Shown: positions 49,206 to 59,714 of the stretch, one piece after another | Position numbering within the stretch: position 1 is the stretch's first letter | Layout of the letters: each line of letters begins with the position of its first letter | Assembly (NCBI GenBank): GCA_963716725.1 | Contig: CAVQUB010000012.1 | Span: 32,001 to 96,000 of the forward strand | Reading direction: 5' to 3' | DNA length: 64,000 bases | DNA from: an uncultured delta proteobacterium | Lineage (GTDB): Bacteria > Myxococcota_A > Polyangia > Polyangiales > Polyangiaceae | The notes under the pieces: model-generated | The model's input: the letters and a program-made list of their open reading frames with translations, nothing else | What the model was told of the DNA's origin: nothing | Databases searched by the model: none | Position numbers and translations under genes: made by a program

Positions 49206-49305
49206 GGCGCTGGCGCGAAGAATGCCCGATGCTGTTCGAAGCGCCAACTGGCGGCGAGAGCGATTGGGAGCGCGACGCGCCCCGCAGTGAGTACGCGCCG
49301 CCGGG

Positions 49306-50298
49306 TCAACTGCGGCTGAACACCACGGGTATCGAGACCGTTGTTGCCTTTCCCGAGGTCGGGAAGGTCCAGCCGCGGGCCTGCTCCGCGATGCAGGAGC
49401 CGAGGCCGGGAAACCCGGCCGGGTTGGACGCGCTCGCGCGCTGCACGGCTCCCGATGGCGCGATCACCAAGGTCAGCGTGATCCGCGCCGTACTCGGAGC
49501 GCCTGCTCCGTTCGCCACGGGCGCCCAGCAGCGCTGCCGAAGCGACGACGACCTTTGCTTCACGACCTTGGAGATTGCGGTCGAAGTCAGCGCGTGTTGG
49601 TCCACGGACGGTTGATCCAGGTCGGTGGAGATCGGCGGCGACTTCAGGGCTCGCTCGCCCGTAAAAGTGATGGGCACGTTCACGCGAGTCGTCGCTGTGG
49701 ATTTCGGAAAACGCCAACGCCGCGCTTCGGTGGCGACGCAGCGTCCCAGTGAGAGATCGCTGGTCGGGTCGCCCTGGATCGTCGCCGACGAGACCGCGCC
49801 GTCCGGCCCAATGGTCAGCGCCATCGCCAGGCGAGCTTCCGGCTGCTCGACGCCCTTGGCCAAGAGCGGCTGCCAGCACTGCCGGTCCAGCGCGCTGCGC
49901 TTCGCATTCACCACCGCGAGCGCGTCGCTCGAGCTCAGGCGCTCTTTCTGCGGGTCGGCGACTCCCGTCTGCTGTCCCGTTGACGGCGGCAAGTCGAGCC
50001 CCGACCATGGATCGATCGCCTCGTGATTGTCGATGCTCGCACCCGCTAGCGGCGCATCGGTCTCGACCGGCTCGCGCGTCACGTGCAGGTCCCCGTCGCG
50101 GGAACGCGCGAGCAGCACGATCACACCTGCCGCCACCGCCACCAGGCCAGCAGCGGCTCCGAGCCGAGCGCGCCGCCGCCGCTGGTGGACGACCGGCCGC
50201 CAGGTGCCGTCGAAACGCAGCACCGCCAGCGTGTCCTCCAGCTCCCGGATCGCAGGCTCCGGATCGCCAGTCGGGTCCCAGAGGTAGTCGTCACTCAT
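49306..50298 (-). CDS. Putative anti-sigma factor with two AgmX/TonB-C-like domains
   Basis: MSDDYLWD N-terminus, TM helix, two C..C..W.FP domains; overlaps the sigma factor stop. Confidence 0.72.
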   Translation of the reverse strand: MSDDYLWDPTGDPEPAIRELEDTLAVLRFDGTWRPVVHQRRRRARLGAAAGLVAVAAGVIVLLARSRDGDLHVTREPVETDAPLAGASIDNHEAIDPWSGLDLPPSTGQQTGVADPQKERLSSSDALAVVNAKRSALDRQCWQPLLAKGVEQPEARLAMALTIGPDGAVSSATIQGDPTSDLSLGRCVATEARRWRFPKSTATTRVNVPITFTGERALKSPPISTDLDQPSVDQHALTSTAISKVVKQRSSSLRQRCWAPVANGAGAPSTARITLTLVIAPSGAVQRASASNPAGFPGLGSCIAEQARGWTFPTSGKATTVSIPVVFSRS

Positions 50299-50881
50299 GG
50301 TGTCCGAGCCTTTGTCTGAGCAGCTTCAAGCCGCGGTGCAGGTTGACGCGGACGGAGTCGGGACGCAGCCCCACCCGTTCGGCGATTTCGGGTCCGCTCA
50401 GGCCTTCGACCAGCCGCAAGATCAGGGGCTCGCGATAGGCGTCAGGCAGCGCCCGGATCTGCACGAGGATCTGCTCTGCCTCGGAGCGGCGCGGATCTGC
50501 TGATGGAATGTCGTCGGGCAACTCGCTGAAGCGTCGCCCCGCGCGCAGGTGGTCCGTGGCGCGATTGCGGGTGATCTGCGCCAGCCATGCGCCGAAGGCG
50601 TCCGGTTCCTCGAGCTGGTGCAGCTTCCCGAGCGCAATCATGAACACGTCTTGCACCAGATCGTCGGCGTCCCGCTTGTCGACCCGCGCAAGCAGCACGC
50701 CGTGCACCATGCGGAAGTAGCGCTCGAACAGGCGGCCAAACGCCATCGGATCTCCCTCCCGAGCGGCCGTCACGAGGCTCCGGTCGGGTGAGGGGCTCAA
50801 GATCTCGGCCCGCGCGGCTGGCGACGCGGCCGCGTCGCGCGGAGCGAAGAGGCTTGCCACGGCTTTGGGGAACGCAGCCAC
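50291..50881 (-). CDS. ECF sigma factor
   Basis: DDLVQDVF, WLAQITRN, LPDAYREPLILR..EIA..VRVNLHRG. Confidence 0.92.
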   Translation of the reverse strand: MAAFPKAVASLFAPRDAAASPAARAEILSPSPDRSLVTAAREGDPMAFGRLFERYFRMVHGVLLARVDKRDADDLVQDVFMIALGKLHQLEEPDAFGAWLAQITRNRATDHLRAGRRFSELPDDIPSADPRRSEAEQILVQIRALPDAYREPLILRLVEGLSGPEIAERVGLRPDSVRVNLHRGLKLLRQRLGHHE

Positions 50882-50978
50882 GATACGAGCATGGACGTGA
50901 GCGGAGGGTCGATCGTTAACCGCGCGGCGCGCAAGATGGCCACCCGGGGGGTGTCTTCAGAGGTGGGACTCTCCGCCC

Positions 50979-52115
50979 ATGAAAAAGCACGGATTTTGCC
51001 TCGGCTTCCTGGTCCTGACCGGAACGGTCGCCTGCTCGGCCGCTAGCGATGGAGGCGAAGAAGACCCGGGTAACCTCGTGGCGACCGGCGGGAAGGGGGG
51101 CGCCGGGCAGGGTGGAGGTGGTGGTTCGGGTGGGTCATCCCTCGCCATTGGGGGCGCCGGGTCAGGCGCCGCGGCCGGCGGCGGGGGCATGACCGAATGC
51201 CAGGCGGTCTCCCAAGAGGCGACGAGCAAGTTCAAGCCCGTCGACATCATCTGGGCCGTCGACACCTCGGGCAGCATGAACGCCGAGCGCAAGGCCGTCG
51301 AGACCAACCTCAACGCTTTTGCCCAACAGATCACCGCCGCGGGCATCGATGTTCACGTGGTGCTGATCGCCGATCCGTCGGCGATGTGCATCGGCGCGCC
51401 GCTCGGGAAGGGTTCGTGTCCCGGCGGCTCGAACTCACCCGGGTTTCTCCACGTGGAGAAGTACGTCGGCAGCCACAGCGCGCTCAGCGCCTTCGTGGGT
51501 TACTACCAAGCCTACAAACCCGCGCTCCGACAGAACTCGCTCAAGGTCTTCACCGTCGTGACGGACGACAACACCAAGTCTGGCAACATCAACTCGGCGG
51601 CCGAGTTCACCCAGGCGGTCGCCGCCTTGGATCCCGGATGGTTCGACGATTGGAAAGTGTCAGGGATCTTCTGCACCGGGAAGGGCTGCTCGAGCAACTG
51701 CGCTGCGACCGGCCACACCTACAACGCGCTGGTCGCTCAAACCAACGGTGTCTCCGGAGACCTCTGCGGCGGCAACGCGGCGGGCTTCACCCCCGTCTTC
51801 GACTCGCTCGCGAAGTCCATCATCGACAGCAAGACCCTAGATTGTCAGTGGACGATCCCCCCGGCGCCCGTCGGTCAGACCTTCGACAAGACGAAGGTGA
51901 ACGTCCGCTTCACCTCCGGCGCGAACGTCGGCTCGGACATCTTCGCGGTGGCCGATGCGACTCAATGCGGACCGCAGGGGGGCTGGTACTACGACGACCC
52001 CAACAATCCTTCGACGATCTCGGTCTGTCCGACCACCTGCCAGGCGATCCAGGCGGATCCCAGCGGCAAGATCGACATCTTGTTCGGCTGCTCTACGGTC
52101 GTGAAGCCGAGCTGA
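50979..52115 (+). CDS. VWA-domain Cys-rich lipoprotein
   Basis: TVAC lipobox; VDTSGSM; VVTDD; GWYYD..CP.TC..FGC. Confidence 0.85.
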   Translation: MKKHGFCLGFLVLTGTVACSAASDGGEEDPGNLVATGGKGGAGQGGGGGSGGSSLAIGGAGSGAAAGGGGMTECQAVSQEATSKFKPVDIIWAVDTSGSMNAERKAVETNLNAFAQQITAAGIDVHVVLIADPSAMCIGAPLGKGSCPGGSNSPGFLHVEKYVGSHSALSAFVGYYQAYKPALRQNSLKVFTVVTDDNTKSGNINSAAEFTQAVAALDPGWFDDWKVSGIFCTGKGCSSNCAATGHTYNALVAQTNGVSGDLCGGNAAGFTPVFDSLAKSIIDSKTLDCQWTIPPAPVGQTFDKTKVNVRFTSGANVGSDIFAVADATQCGPQGGWYYDDPNNPSTISVCPTTCQAIQADPSGKIDILFGCSTVVKPS

Positions 52116-52136
52116 GGGCAAGGCCCCAGCGGAGCG

Positions 52137-52775
52137 TTACTTCTTGCTCTTGGGCCGAGCGGCGGGCGTGAGCTCTTTGTTGCGCCAGTAGTAGGCGTTC
52201 TTCTTGCCGCTCTCGTCGCTGAAGCCCACCAGCTCGATCTCCGCCTGGATGGCCGCCGTGCCTTCCGGCACGTGAGCCTTCTTCACGCACGAGAAGGTGA
52301 TCACGGCCTTCTCGCCGGCCTTCATCGGTCCTTCGAAGATGTTGCCCGCGCAGGTCTTGAAGGGCCGGTTCTGCTCGTCATCTTTGACCTCGAGCTGCTT
52401 GCCCGCCTTGTCGTAGAAGTAGACGACCAGCTTGCCGTAGTTGATCTCCACTTTGGACGTGTTCGCGACCTTGAAAGACGGGCCCTTGTCGTCCGTCTTC
52501 CCGGTCCACGACACCTCCATCGTGCGCAGAGTGCCCTTGGCTTCGCAGGGCTTCTCGAAGGTGGAATCGCCAACGGTGCCCTCGGGGCAGTCGTGTTTGG
52601 GCGCGGATGGCGAAGCGCTCGCGCTCGGGGGTGGAGCGGCACTCGGGGCCGCCGTCGCTGCGGCGCTGCTCGCGGCGCCCTTGGTGGGCGCCGGCTTCTC
52701 CTCGTCGCATGCCGAGGTCAAGCAGAGCGCGCTCGTCAGGGGGAGTACTTTCGACCAGAGAACGAGCTTTGACAT
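52137..52775 (-). CDS. Hypothetical lipoprotein
   Basis: LTSAC lipobox. Confidence 0.75.
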   Translation of the reverse strand: MSKLVLWSKVLPLTSALCLTSACDEEKPAPTKGAASSAAATAAPSAAPPPSASASPSAPKHDCPEGTVGDSTFEKPCEAKGTLRTMEVSWTGKTDDKGPSFKVANTSKVEINYGKLVVYFYDKAGKQLEVKDDEQNRPFKTCAGNIFEGPMKAGEKAVITFSCVKKAHVPEGTAAIQAEIELVGFSDESGKKNAYYWRNKELTPAARPKSKK

Positions 52776-52842
52776 GGCGCAACGTTAACGGAGGGTCGCC
52801 GCGCGGGTCGACCCGAAAATCGCCCGCGGCCGTCGCTGATGC

Positions 52843-55323
52843 TCAAACCACCGCGGATTTCTGCTTGGTGGTCTTGACCGCCACCACGTACAGCAGCGCG
52901 GCGATGGCGATGAAGGGCAGCATGCTCAACGCGTCGGAGCTCGCGCCCTCGAACACCGGATTGTTGTGCTTGGCCCAGTCGTCGATCCGGGTCTGCACGT
53001 CGCCCATCACCCCGGCCACGAACGCGATCACGATGCCGGCGATGGCGCCGCCCGCGATGTAGCCGCTGGAGAGCAGCACCCCCGGGCTCTTGTCGGTCTC
53101 TGCGACCAGCTGCTCCTGACTCAGGTTTTTTCCGGCGAGGCGCTTCTGGATCTGCTTGTCGGCCAGCCAGCGCACGAGCCCGCCGGCCAAGATGGGCGTC
53201 GACGACGAGATCGGCAGGTAGACGCCGACCGCGAAGGCGAGGGACGGGATCCCCGACAGCTCGAGCACCACCGAGATCATCACGCCGAGCAACACCAGGC
53301 TCCAGGGAAGCTCGCGGTTCAGAATGCCCTTGATGATGTAGGACATCAGCGTGGCCTTTGGCGCGTCGAACTTGGTCACCTTGCTGCCGTCCGGCCGCAG
53401 GGCGTGGGTGCCGTTGATGCCCGGATCGACCAGGTAGACGGCCCGACCTGTATCGTCGACCAGGTACTTGCCCGGGGGGCCACCCTCGCTCGCGGTCTTC
53501 TGCCAGACTCGGTAGGTCGCCGGATCGGTCTTGGACTGGGGACCCGCCAGCGCTTCACGTTTGTCGAGCCCCGCGACGCTGGTCACGAGCTCGGCGCTGA
53601 AGGTCTCGTCGATCTTGTGCGTGACCTGTTTCGTGCGCACGTCGACGACGTAGTTGCCCGGCGCGAGGTTCGGCACTCGTACCGTCTTCGAGTCGGGGGC
53701 GGCGCTCTCGTCGAGCTGAGCCAGCTTTTTGTAGCTGCCGCCGGCCCCTGGCGGCGTGCCGCGCCAGCTCGGCAGCGCCGTTATCACGTCATCGGTCACC
53801 GAAACCGGTTCGACCTGCTGGAAGGTCGCTTGGGGCACATACACGGTCGCGGCGTCGTTGAGGCGAAGCAGAATCGGTCCCAGCACCAGCGCCGACGCAA
53901 GGGCGCCGACCAAGATGGCGTACTGCTGGTACTTCGGGGTTGCTCCCACCAAGAAGCCGGTCTTGAGATCTTGAGAGGTCGTGCCGCCGTTCGATGCCGC
54001 GATGCACACGATGGCCCCGACGCTGAGCGCCGTCACGTAGTACGGCGGCGACGTCCAGCCGAGGATCAGGAACACGCCGCAGGTGAGCAGGAGTGTGGCG
54101 ACGGTCATGCCCGAGATGGGGTTCGACGAGGAGCCGATTTCTCCGGTCAAGCGCGAGCTCACGGTGACGAACAAGAAGCCGAGCACCACGATCAGCACCG
54201 CGCCCAGCACGTTCATTCGCAGCGTTGGCGCCAAGGTGATGGCGGTGATCAACACCAAACAGCCGATCAGAACCCACTTCATCGACAGGTCTTGGTCCGT
54301 GCGTGGACGGTCCCCGGCCGCCTGACTCGAGCCGCCGCGCAGATCGCGCAGGCCACCCTTGATGCCTTGCCAAATCGTCGGCAGCGAGCGGGCCAGGCTG
54401 ATGATGCCGCCGGCGGCGACCGCGCCCGCGCCAATGTAGAGCACGTACGCCCCGCGGATTTGGTAATGGCTCATCTCCCGAATCGGAATGGTGCCGGGTG
54501 GCAGAGCGTGCGTCAGGCCGTCGCCGAAAAACTTGATGGCGGGGATCAGCACCAAGTACGCGAGCACGCCGCCCGCGCACATGATCGCGGAGATGCGCGG
54601 GCCGATGATGTAGCCGACCCCGAGCAGCTCCGGCGAGATCTCGGCGGACACGCTGCCGCCCTTCAAGATCGACGTGAATACCTTCTCCGGGACGTCCTTC
54701 CAGCCGCGCAGCGCGACCATCACCGCCTTGTAGACCAGACCAATTCCGAAGCCGGCGAAGATGATCTTGCCGCCACCGGCTTCGGTCTCCTCGATGGGCG
54801 CTCCGGCCGAGTGCGCTGCGGCGCGTGACTCGTCGCTCGCCCCCGCCTTCAAGACCTCCGCGCAGGCGGTGCCCTCGGGGTACTTCAGGGAGCCGTGTTG
54901 TTCGACGATCAGGGCGCGTCGGAGCGGGATCATCATCAAGATGCCGAGCAGGCCGCCGAGCACCGCCACCAGCATGACGCGCGTGATCTCGAGGTCGAAT
55001 CCCAAGATCATGATCGCAGGCATCGTCACGCCCACGCCGAAGGCGATGGACTCACCGGCCGAGCCGGCGGTTTGCACCACGTTGTTCTCGAGGATGGTGG
55101 CGTTCTTCAGGCCGAACTTGGAGAGCAAGCGGAAGAGCGTGATCGAGATCACGGCGACCGGGATCGATGCGCTCACGGTGAGCCCGACCTTGAGTACCAG
55201 GTAGAGGGACGAGGCGCCGAAGACCATGCCGAGCAGCGTGCCGACGATCAGGGGCAGCGGCGTCAGCTCGCGCAGCGCGACGTGCGCCGGGATGTAGGGA
55301 TCGTGCTTGTTTCCCTCGCTCAT
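52843..55323 (-). CDS. OPT-family oligopeptide transporter
   Basis: YLVLKVGLTVSASIP, ENNVVQT, YPEGTACA, SSNPISG, QDLKTG, APKA. Confidence 0.93.
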   Translation of the reverse strand: MSEGNKHDPYIPAHVALRELTPLPLIVGTLLGMVFGASSLYLVLKVGLTVSASIPVAVISITLFRLLSKFGLKNATILENNVVQTAGSAGESIAFGVGVTMPAIMILGFDLEITRVMLVAVLGGLLGILMMIPLRRALIVEQHGSLKYPEGTACAEVLKAGASDESRAAAHSAGAPIEETEAGGGKIIFAGFGIGLVYKAVMVALRGWKDVPEKVFTSILKGGSVSAEISPELLGVGYIIGPRISAIMCAGGVLAYLVLIPAIKFFGDGLTHALPPGTIPIREMSHYQIRGAYVLYIGAGAVAAGGIISLARSLPTIWQGIKGGLRDLRGGSSQAAGDRPRTDQDLSMKWVLIGCLVLITAITLAPTLRMNVLGAVLIVVLGFLFVTVSSRLTGEIGSSSNPISGMTVATLLLTCGVFLILGWTSPPYYVTALSVGAIVCIAASNGGTTSQDLKTGFLVGATPKYQQYAILVGALASALVLGPILLRLNDAATVYVPQATFQQVEPVSVTDDVITALPSWRGTPPGAGGSYKKLAQLDESAAPDSKTVRVPNLAPGNYVVDVRTKQVTHKIDETFSAELVTSVAGLDKREALAGPQSKTDPATYRVWQKTASEGGPPGKYLVDDTGRAVYLVDPGINGTHALRPDGSKVTKFDAPKATLMSYIIKGILNRELPWSLVLLGVMISVVLELSGIPSLAFAVGVYLPISSSTPILAGGLVRWLADKQIQKRLAGKNLSQEQLVAETDKSPGVLLSSGYIAGGAIAGIVIAFVAGVMGDVQTRIDDWAKHNNPVFEGASSDALSMLPFIAIAALLYVVAVKTTKQKSAVV

Positions 55324-55406
55324 GGCCGCGGACGCTAGCCCACGGCGCGTCGCGGAGACAGTCGCGCCGTGGGCGCGCTCCTGCATCCAGAGTAGGCTCA
55401 GGGGTG

Positions 55407-56336
55407 ATGCGAGCACGCGTGGCGACGATCTGGGTCTGCATCGCCAGCTTTCCGCCGCTCGCCGCCTGCGGCTCCGAGGACCGCGAGCCAGGGAATTCGA
55501 GCGGCGGGGCCCCGAGCGGTGGTGCCGCTGGCAGCGCTGGAGTGTCCGGTGGCGGCAGCGGCGGTTCGCTCGGAGGCTCCGCCGGCACGGGTGGCTCGAC
55601 GGACGCCGGAGCCGACGCGGAGGCCGATGCGAGCTCGGGCGATCTGGACGGCGACGGACTCGACGACGCCGTCGAGCTCGCCGTCGCCAAGGGCTACTTT
55701 CCATATTTCGCCATCGCCCCCGACGACAAGTGTCCGCGGCACGGGGTGCTGTTCCGGGCGGCGCCGCACCCGGCCGACGCGAGCCTGATCGCCATCTGGT
55801 ACGTGGCGCTGTTCGAGAGCGACTGCGGCGCGACCGGCCACGCCGGTGACGACGAGGTGTTCGGCGCCGTCGTCGATCCGAAGACTCCCGCCCCGGCCGG
55901 GCTCCTGGCGGTTCGCGCCATCTCCCACCAGGGCACGCTGTGCGAGAAGACCACGACCTGCGGCTCATTGCCGGGCTGCAAGCCCTGCAAGACCGCCAGC
56001 AAGAACGGCGCGGCGTTCCCGGTCGTCTTCGCCAGCGTGAACAAACACGGCACCTACGTCGACGAAGGCACCTGCGATCTCAACGTGATCTGCGACTTCG
56101 GCGGCTGCACGCTGAACCCGACCCCCGCGGCGCCGGAATTCGTCAACGCAGGGGAGCCCGGAAAGCCGCTCACCAACAACCTCAGCCAGAACGGGTTCAT
56201 CAGCTCCACCAACGGCTGGACGAAGAGCGAACTCTTCGACTTCGATCCCTGGGGAAATAAGGATTTTGGCGGCGCCGGTAACGTCACCGACGATCTCGGG
56301 GACCCGGCCTTCGTGATTTCGCCATCTGGCTGCTGA
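55407..56336 (+). CDS. Hypothetical lipoprotein
   Basis: LAAC lipobox, Gly linker, DLDGDGLDD. Confidence 0.75.
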   Translation: MRARVATIWVCIASFPPLAACGSEDREPGNSSGGAPSGGAAGSAGVSGGGSGGSLGGSAGTGGSTDAGADAEADASSGDLDGDGLDDAVELAVAKGYFPYFAIAPDDKCPRHGVLFRAAPHPADASLIAIWYVALFESDCGATGHAGDDEVFGAVVDPKTPAPAGLLAVRAISHQGTLCEKTTTCGSLPGCKPCKTASKNGAAFPVVFASVNKHGTYVDEGTCDLNVICDFGGCTLNPTPAAPEFVNAGEPGKPLTNNLSQNGFISSTNGWTKSELFDFDPWGNKDFGGAGNVTDDLGDPAFVISPSGC

Positions 56337-56363
56337 GTCTCGCCGTCGTGGGCCGAGGTCGGG

Positions 56364-56864
56364 TCAGGGGATCCATGCCTTCGCCTTGGCGTCGTCTTCG
56401 GTGACGTCCGCCACGAGCCACGCCCCGCTGCTGATCTCGAACAAGAGGTGAACGAAGTCACACTTGCGCTCGCCGGGGCACACGACATCGACCGGCACCA
56501 CGGCACGATGCTGGTCGGCCCGGGCATCACCGCTCACGCGCGCTTGGAACTTCTTGCCCGCTTGGCCAGCGAAGCTCGAGCACTCTTTGCTCCAGCAATC
56601 GGGCGTCGACGCTCGCTCCGCGCCGGCGTCGTCGTCGGAGTTGGCGGCCGCGAGGAACTTCGCGACGGCTGCGTCGAGCCGGGGCGCCGGGCTCACGGGG
56701 TCGCTCTTTGCCTGCGTAGGAGCCAGATCGGCGCCCGTGGTGTCGGCGCCGGGCTCCGTCGGCTCGGGGATCGCAGTGTGGACGGGCGTTGCCGTCTCGC
56801 CCTTCGGGGGCTGAGCCGAGCAAGCAGCGAGCGCAAGCGCCACCAGGGCGCGCATGGCGATCAT
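56364..56864 (-). CDS. Hypothetical lipoprotein
   Basis: MRALVALALAAC. Confidence 0.7.
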   Translation of the reverse strand: MIAMRALVALALAACSAQPPKGETATPVHTAIPEPTEPGADTTGADLAPTQAKSDPVSPAPRLDAAVAKFLAAANSDDDAGAERASTPDCWSKECSSFAGQAGKKFQARVSGDARADQHRAVVPVDVVCPGERKCDFVHLLFEISSGAWLVADVTEDDAKAKAWIP

Positions 56865-56977
56865 GCGCCGCAGCCTAGACGATTGCTCCGTCGCAGGGGA
56901 GTGAACGCTGGGGTGTGAGCGAGGATCCGCGGGCCCCGGGCGCCCCCCGACGCTCGGGACCGCACGGATCGCTCGAG

Positions 56978-57457
56978 CTACCGCGGCCGGGCCTCCGGGG
57001 GCGCCTTCGGCGCCGCTACCTTTGCGCCCATCTCCATCCGGAGCTTGAGGTTGTCCAAGAGCGACTCGGCCTCTCGCTCGTTGATACGGTGGAGGAGCGG
57101 TTCTGCCAGCTTGTCCAAGAGCTTGCTGGGCAACGCGTATTCGATGTCGAGCACGACCTTGCACTGGCCGTTCTCGCCCGAGTACGCCCAGGTGAAGGTG
57201 CTGGGGATGCCCTTCTCGTTCTTGACGATGACGCGCTGGTTTTGGATCACCTCGGCGGTCGCCGAGTGGCCGTGGAAGTGCAACCCACCCATCTTGTAGA
57301 TCCAGTCGAAGCTGTGGGCGCCGTTGGTCGCCCGCTTGACGTTGCTGACCTCTACCAGGCTGGGCCAGACCTCCGGCAGGTTTTCGGGACGAGTCAGGAA
57401 CTCGAAAACCTGATCGAGCGGCGCGCGAATGCTTACGGATTTGCGGATCTTTGCCAT
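56978..57457 (-). CDS. SRPBCC/polyketide-cyclase family protein
   Basis: KSVSIRAPLDQVFEFL..NLPEVWP..LDNLK. Confidence 0.85.
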   Translation of the reverse strand: MAKIRKSVSIRAPLDQVFEFLTRPENLPEVWPSLVEVSNVKRATNGAHSFDWIYKMGGLHFHGHSATAEVIQNQRVIVKNEKGIPSTFTWAYSGENGQCKVVLDIEYALPSKLLDKLAEPLLHRINEREAESLLDNLKLRMEMGAKVAAPKAPPEARPR

Positions 57458-57623
57458 GTCGAATCCTCACTTGGTGTGCCCCCCCCTCGAGGGGCGACCC
57501 GCAAGAAGCAAGTGGGATGCCGTGCGGAAAAGTGCGCTGCGCGCGGGCAAGTCTCGCTGTATCAGTCGCGGGTTGCGCCGCAGACTGCGGCACCGCGGCG
57601 AAACGCACCAGTGCGGCGCGAGC

Positions 57624-58325
57624 CTAGGGCGGCCCTGGGGATTTCGTGGCGGTGAAGCTGCAGTAGTTGACTCCGCCGACGCTGCACGCGCCAGCCGTCC
57701 AGGTCGTCGCGGACACGGTGGAAGTGCAGGTCGCGCTGACGCCGCCGAGCGAGCAGTTGACGCTGAGTTGCGATGCCGACAGCGAGCCTGTGCAGGTCGT
57801 GCCGGTGTTGCAGCTCACGGTGGTCGAGCAACTCCCGGTCGCTTGGGTCACGGTGCAGGCGCCGAGGCCGCAGTCACCGCTCAGTGTCCATTGGCCGGCG
57901 ACGTTCGGGCAAGCGCCGGTGCCGCCGGTGCCGCCGCCACCCGTGCCTCCGCCGGGCGCTCCGCCACCTCCGGTGCTGACGCCACCCGTGCCTCCGCCGG
58001 GCGCTCCGCCACCTCCGGTGCTGACGCCACCCGTGCCGCCGGCGGGCAAACCGCCGCCACCGCTCGAGCCCCCGGTGCCTCCGGTGCTGACGCCGCCGGT
58101 GCCTCCGGCGGGCAAACCGCCGCCACCGCTCGCGCCCCCGGTGCCTCCAGTGCTGACGCCTCCGGTGCCGCCCGCGGGCAAACCGCCGCCACCGCTCGAG
58201 CCGCCGGCTCCCGAACCGCCATCGACGGCGGCGCCGCCGCCCGAGCCGCTGCTGCCGCACGCCACCCCGCTCGCGAAGGCGAGCAACATCACCCCGACTC
58301 GAGATCGTCGCATCGCCGCGAGCAT
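57624..58325 (-). CDS. Gly-rich repeat lipoprotein with Cys-rich C-terminus
   Basis: GVAC lipobox; tandem GGGGLPAGGTGGVSTGG repeats. Confidence 0.75.
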   Translation of the reverse strand: MLAAMRRSRVGVMLLAFASGVACGSSGSGGGAAVDGGSGAGGSSGGGGLPAGGTGGVSTGGTGGASGGGGLPAGGTGGVSTGGTGGSSGGGGLPAGGTGGVSTGGGGAPGGGTGGVSTGGGGAPGGGTGGGGTGGTGACPNVAGQWTLSGDCGLGACTVTQATGSCSTTVSCNTGTTCTGSLSASQLSVNCSLGGVSATCTSTVSATTWTAGACSVGGVNYCSFTATKSPGPP

Positions 58326-58420
58326 AGCAGGATTTGCGACGCCGCTACCGCCGCGCGATTGGGCGCAGCGCCGGCCCGGCCCCGCCCTCGAGGCTGATGC
58401 TCGAGGGACGTGGTCGGGAG

Positions 58421-59593
58421 TCAGATCTCGAGGCTGGGCGCGCGGAGATCTGGCGCGTCAGCGCCGGGCGCGCGCGGCGCGTGTTCCAACTCGCGTCGCG
58501 CGTCGCGCTTCAAGCGCGCGATGTGCCAAGCGTTGCCGACGCGGTCCTGACACGCGGCTTCGAGCAGCTGTGCCCGATCGCTCAAGCGCGACGACAGTTC
58601 GAGGCCCGTGAATGCCCGACCAACTGTCCGGGGACCGGACGCGCGACGATCGTCGAGCCAGCCCGGTTGCCCTTCGGCTCGGCGCTGTCGCTCCAAGTTC
58701 GTGAGCAACTGCGCCGAATGCACCGCCTCGAGGGGAGACGTGGTTTCGACGAATGGCGAGAAAGGCGAGTCGCTGTTCACATCAACGACCCGCGTCAGAT
58801 GCTGCGCCCAACAGTGATCTTCTCCGTAGCCGGTGTCGGTGATTCCCACGCTCTCCGTCTCGGGTCGGAGGGCGTCCGGGAATCGCGCGGCGAGGCGAGT
58901 GATCTTCGCCGGTCCGGAGTTGATGCGTCCGGGTTCGGAGCACTCCGCGTGATCCGCTCCGAGGCGGTCTCGCGCCACCTCGACCACGACGCGGGGCGAG
59001 GCGCTGGTGATCACGATTCGGAGGCCGGGACATCGCGCACGCAGGGCGTCGAGGTCTTCACGGCGGATCACTTGGTCCGGGGCGTGGCGGTCCCAGACCC
59101 GTTCGGCCAGTTCGCGAGCGACCTCGTCGGGGATCTCAGACAACAACTCGAGCATCGTGTCCTGCGGAACGCGCTGCACCACACGCACCGGCTCGGGTCC
59201 GAAGCGACGGTAGGTCCAAGCACGCAGCAGGTCGTGCTTCTCCGGGAGCTTGCCGCAGAGGAAGTAGTAGAGCCCCGGCCGAGCCCAGGTTCTACCGCCA
59301 TGCCAGAGGTAGCGCAGCGAGCCGGCCAGGCTGCGCGGATCGAAGGCCAAGCGCCCGGTTTCGCGTCGCGGTTCCATCGACTCCAGCTGCTCCCGCCCGA
59401 AGGCGCGCAGCGCGGCGATCTCCCAGCCGAGCAGCTCGCCCATGTTGCGGCCGAGGTGCAGCGTGCGGTCGAGATCCAAAATCAGAAACCGGGTGCTGTT
59501 CGGGATCACGCGCCCCGCGAGCGCGGCGAAATCCATGGGCCCTTCGTGCAGGACCAATCGATCGACCAGCCGGTAGCGGCGTTCGGGTGACAT
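58421..59593 (-). CDS. HAD-superfamily hydrolase-like protein
   Basis: ILDLDRTL motif I; ITSAS; K; GITD. Confidence 0.75.
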   Translation of the reverse strand: MSPERRYRLVDRLVLHEGPMDFAALAGRVIPNSTRFLILDLDRTLHLGRNMGELLGWEIAALRAFGREQLESMEPRRETGRLAFDPRSLAGSLRYLWHGGRTWARPGLYYFLCGKLPEKHDLLRAWTYRRFGPEPVRVVQRVPQDTMLELLSEIPDEVARELAERVWDRHAPDQVIRREDLDALRARCPGLRIVITSASPRVVVEVARDRLGADHAECSEPGRINSGPAKITRLAARFPDALRPETESVGITDTGYGEDHCWAQHLTRVVDVNSDSPFSPFVETTSPLEAVHSAQLLTNLERQRRAEGQPGWLDDRRASGPRTVGRAFTGLELSSRLSDRAQLLEAACQDRVGNAWHIARLKRDARRELEHAPRAPGADAPDLRAPSLEI

Positions 59594-59714
59594 GCCCTCC
59601 GAGCTTGCGACGCGGCTCGACGTGCGGGCGTCAGAGTTCGGTCACGTTTTCGTCAGATCTGCGCCTCTGCCACGGCTCGATTGTCCCCCCGGCCGGTTCA
59701 GATTACTTTGGGGA

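Noticed and set aside
57900..58210. Tandem repeats here and at about 40450-40505, 46070-46150, 46320-46415 and 59830-59885
   Set aside because: Ordinary in-frame Gly/Pro/Ala linker expansions in lipoproteins
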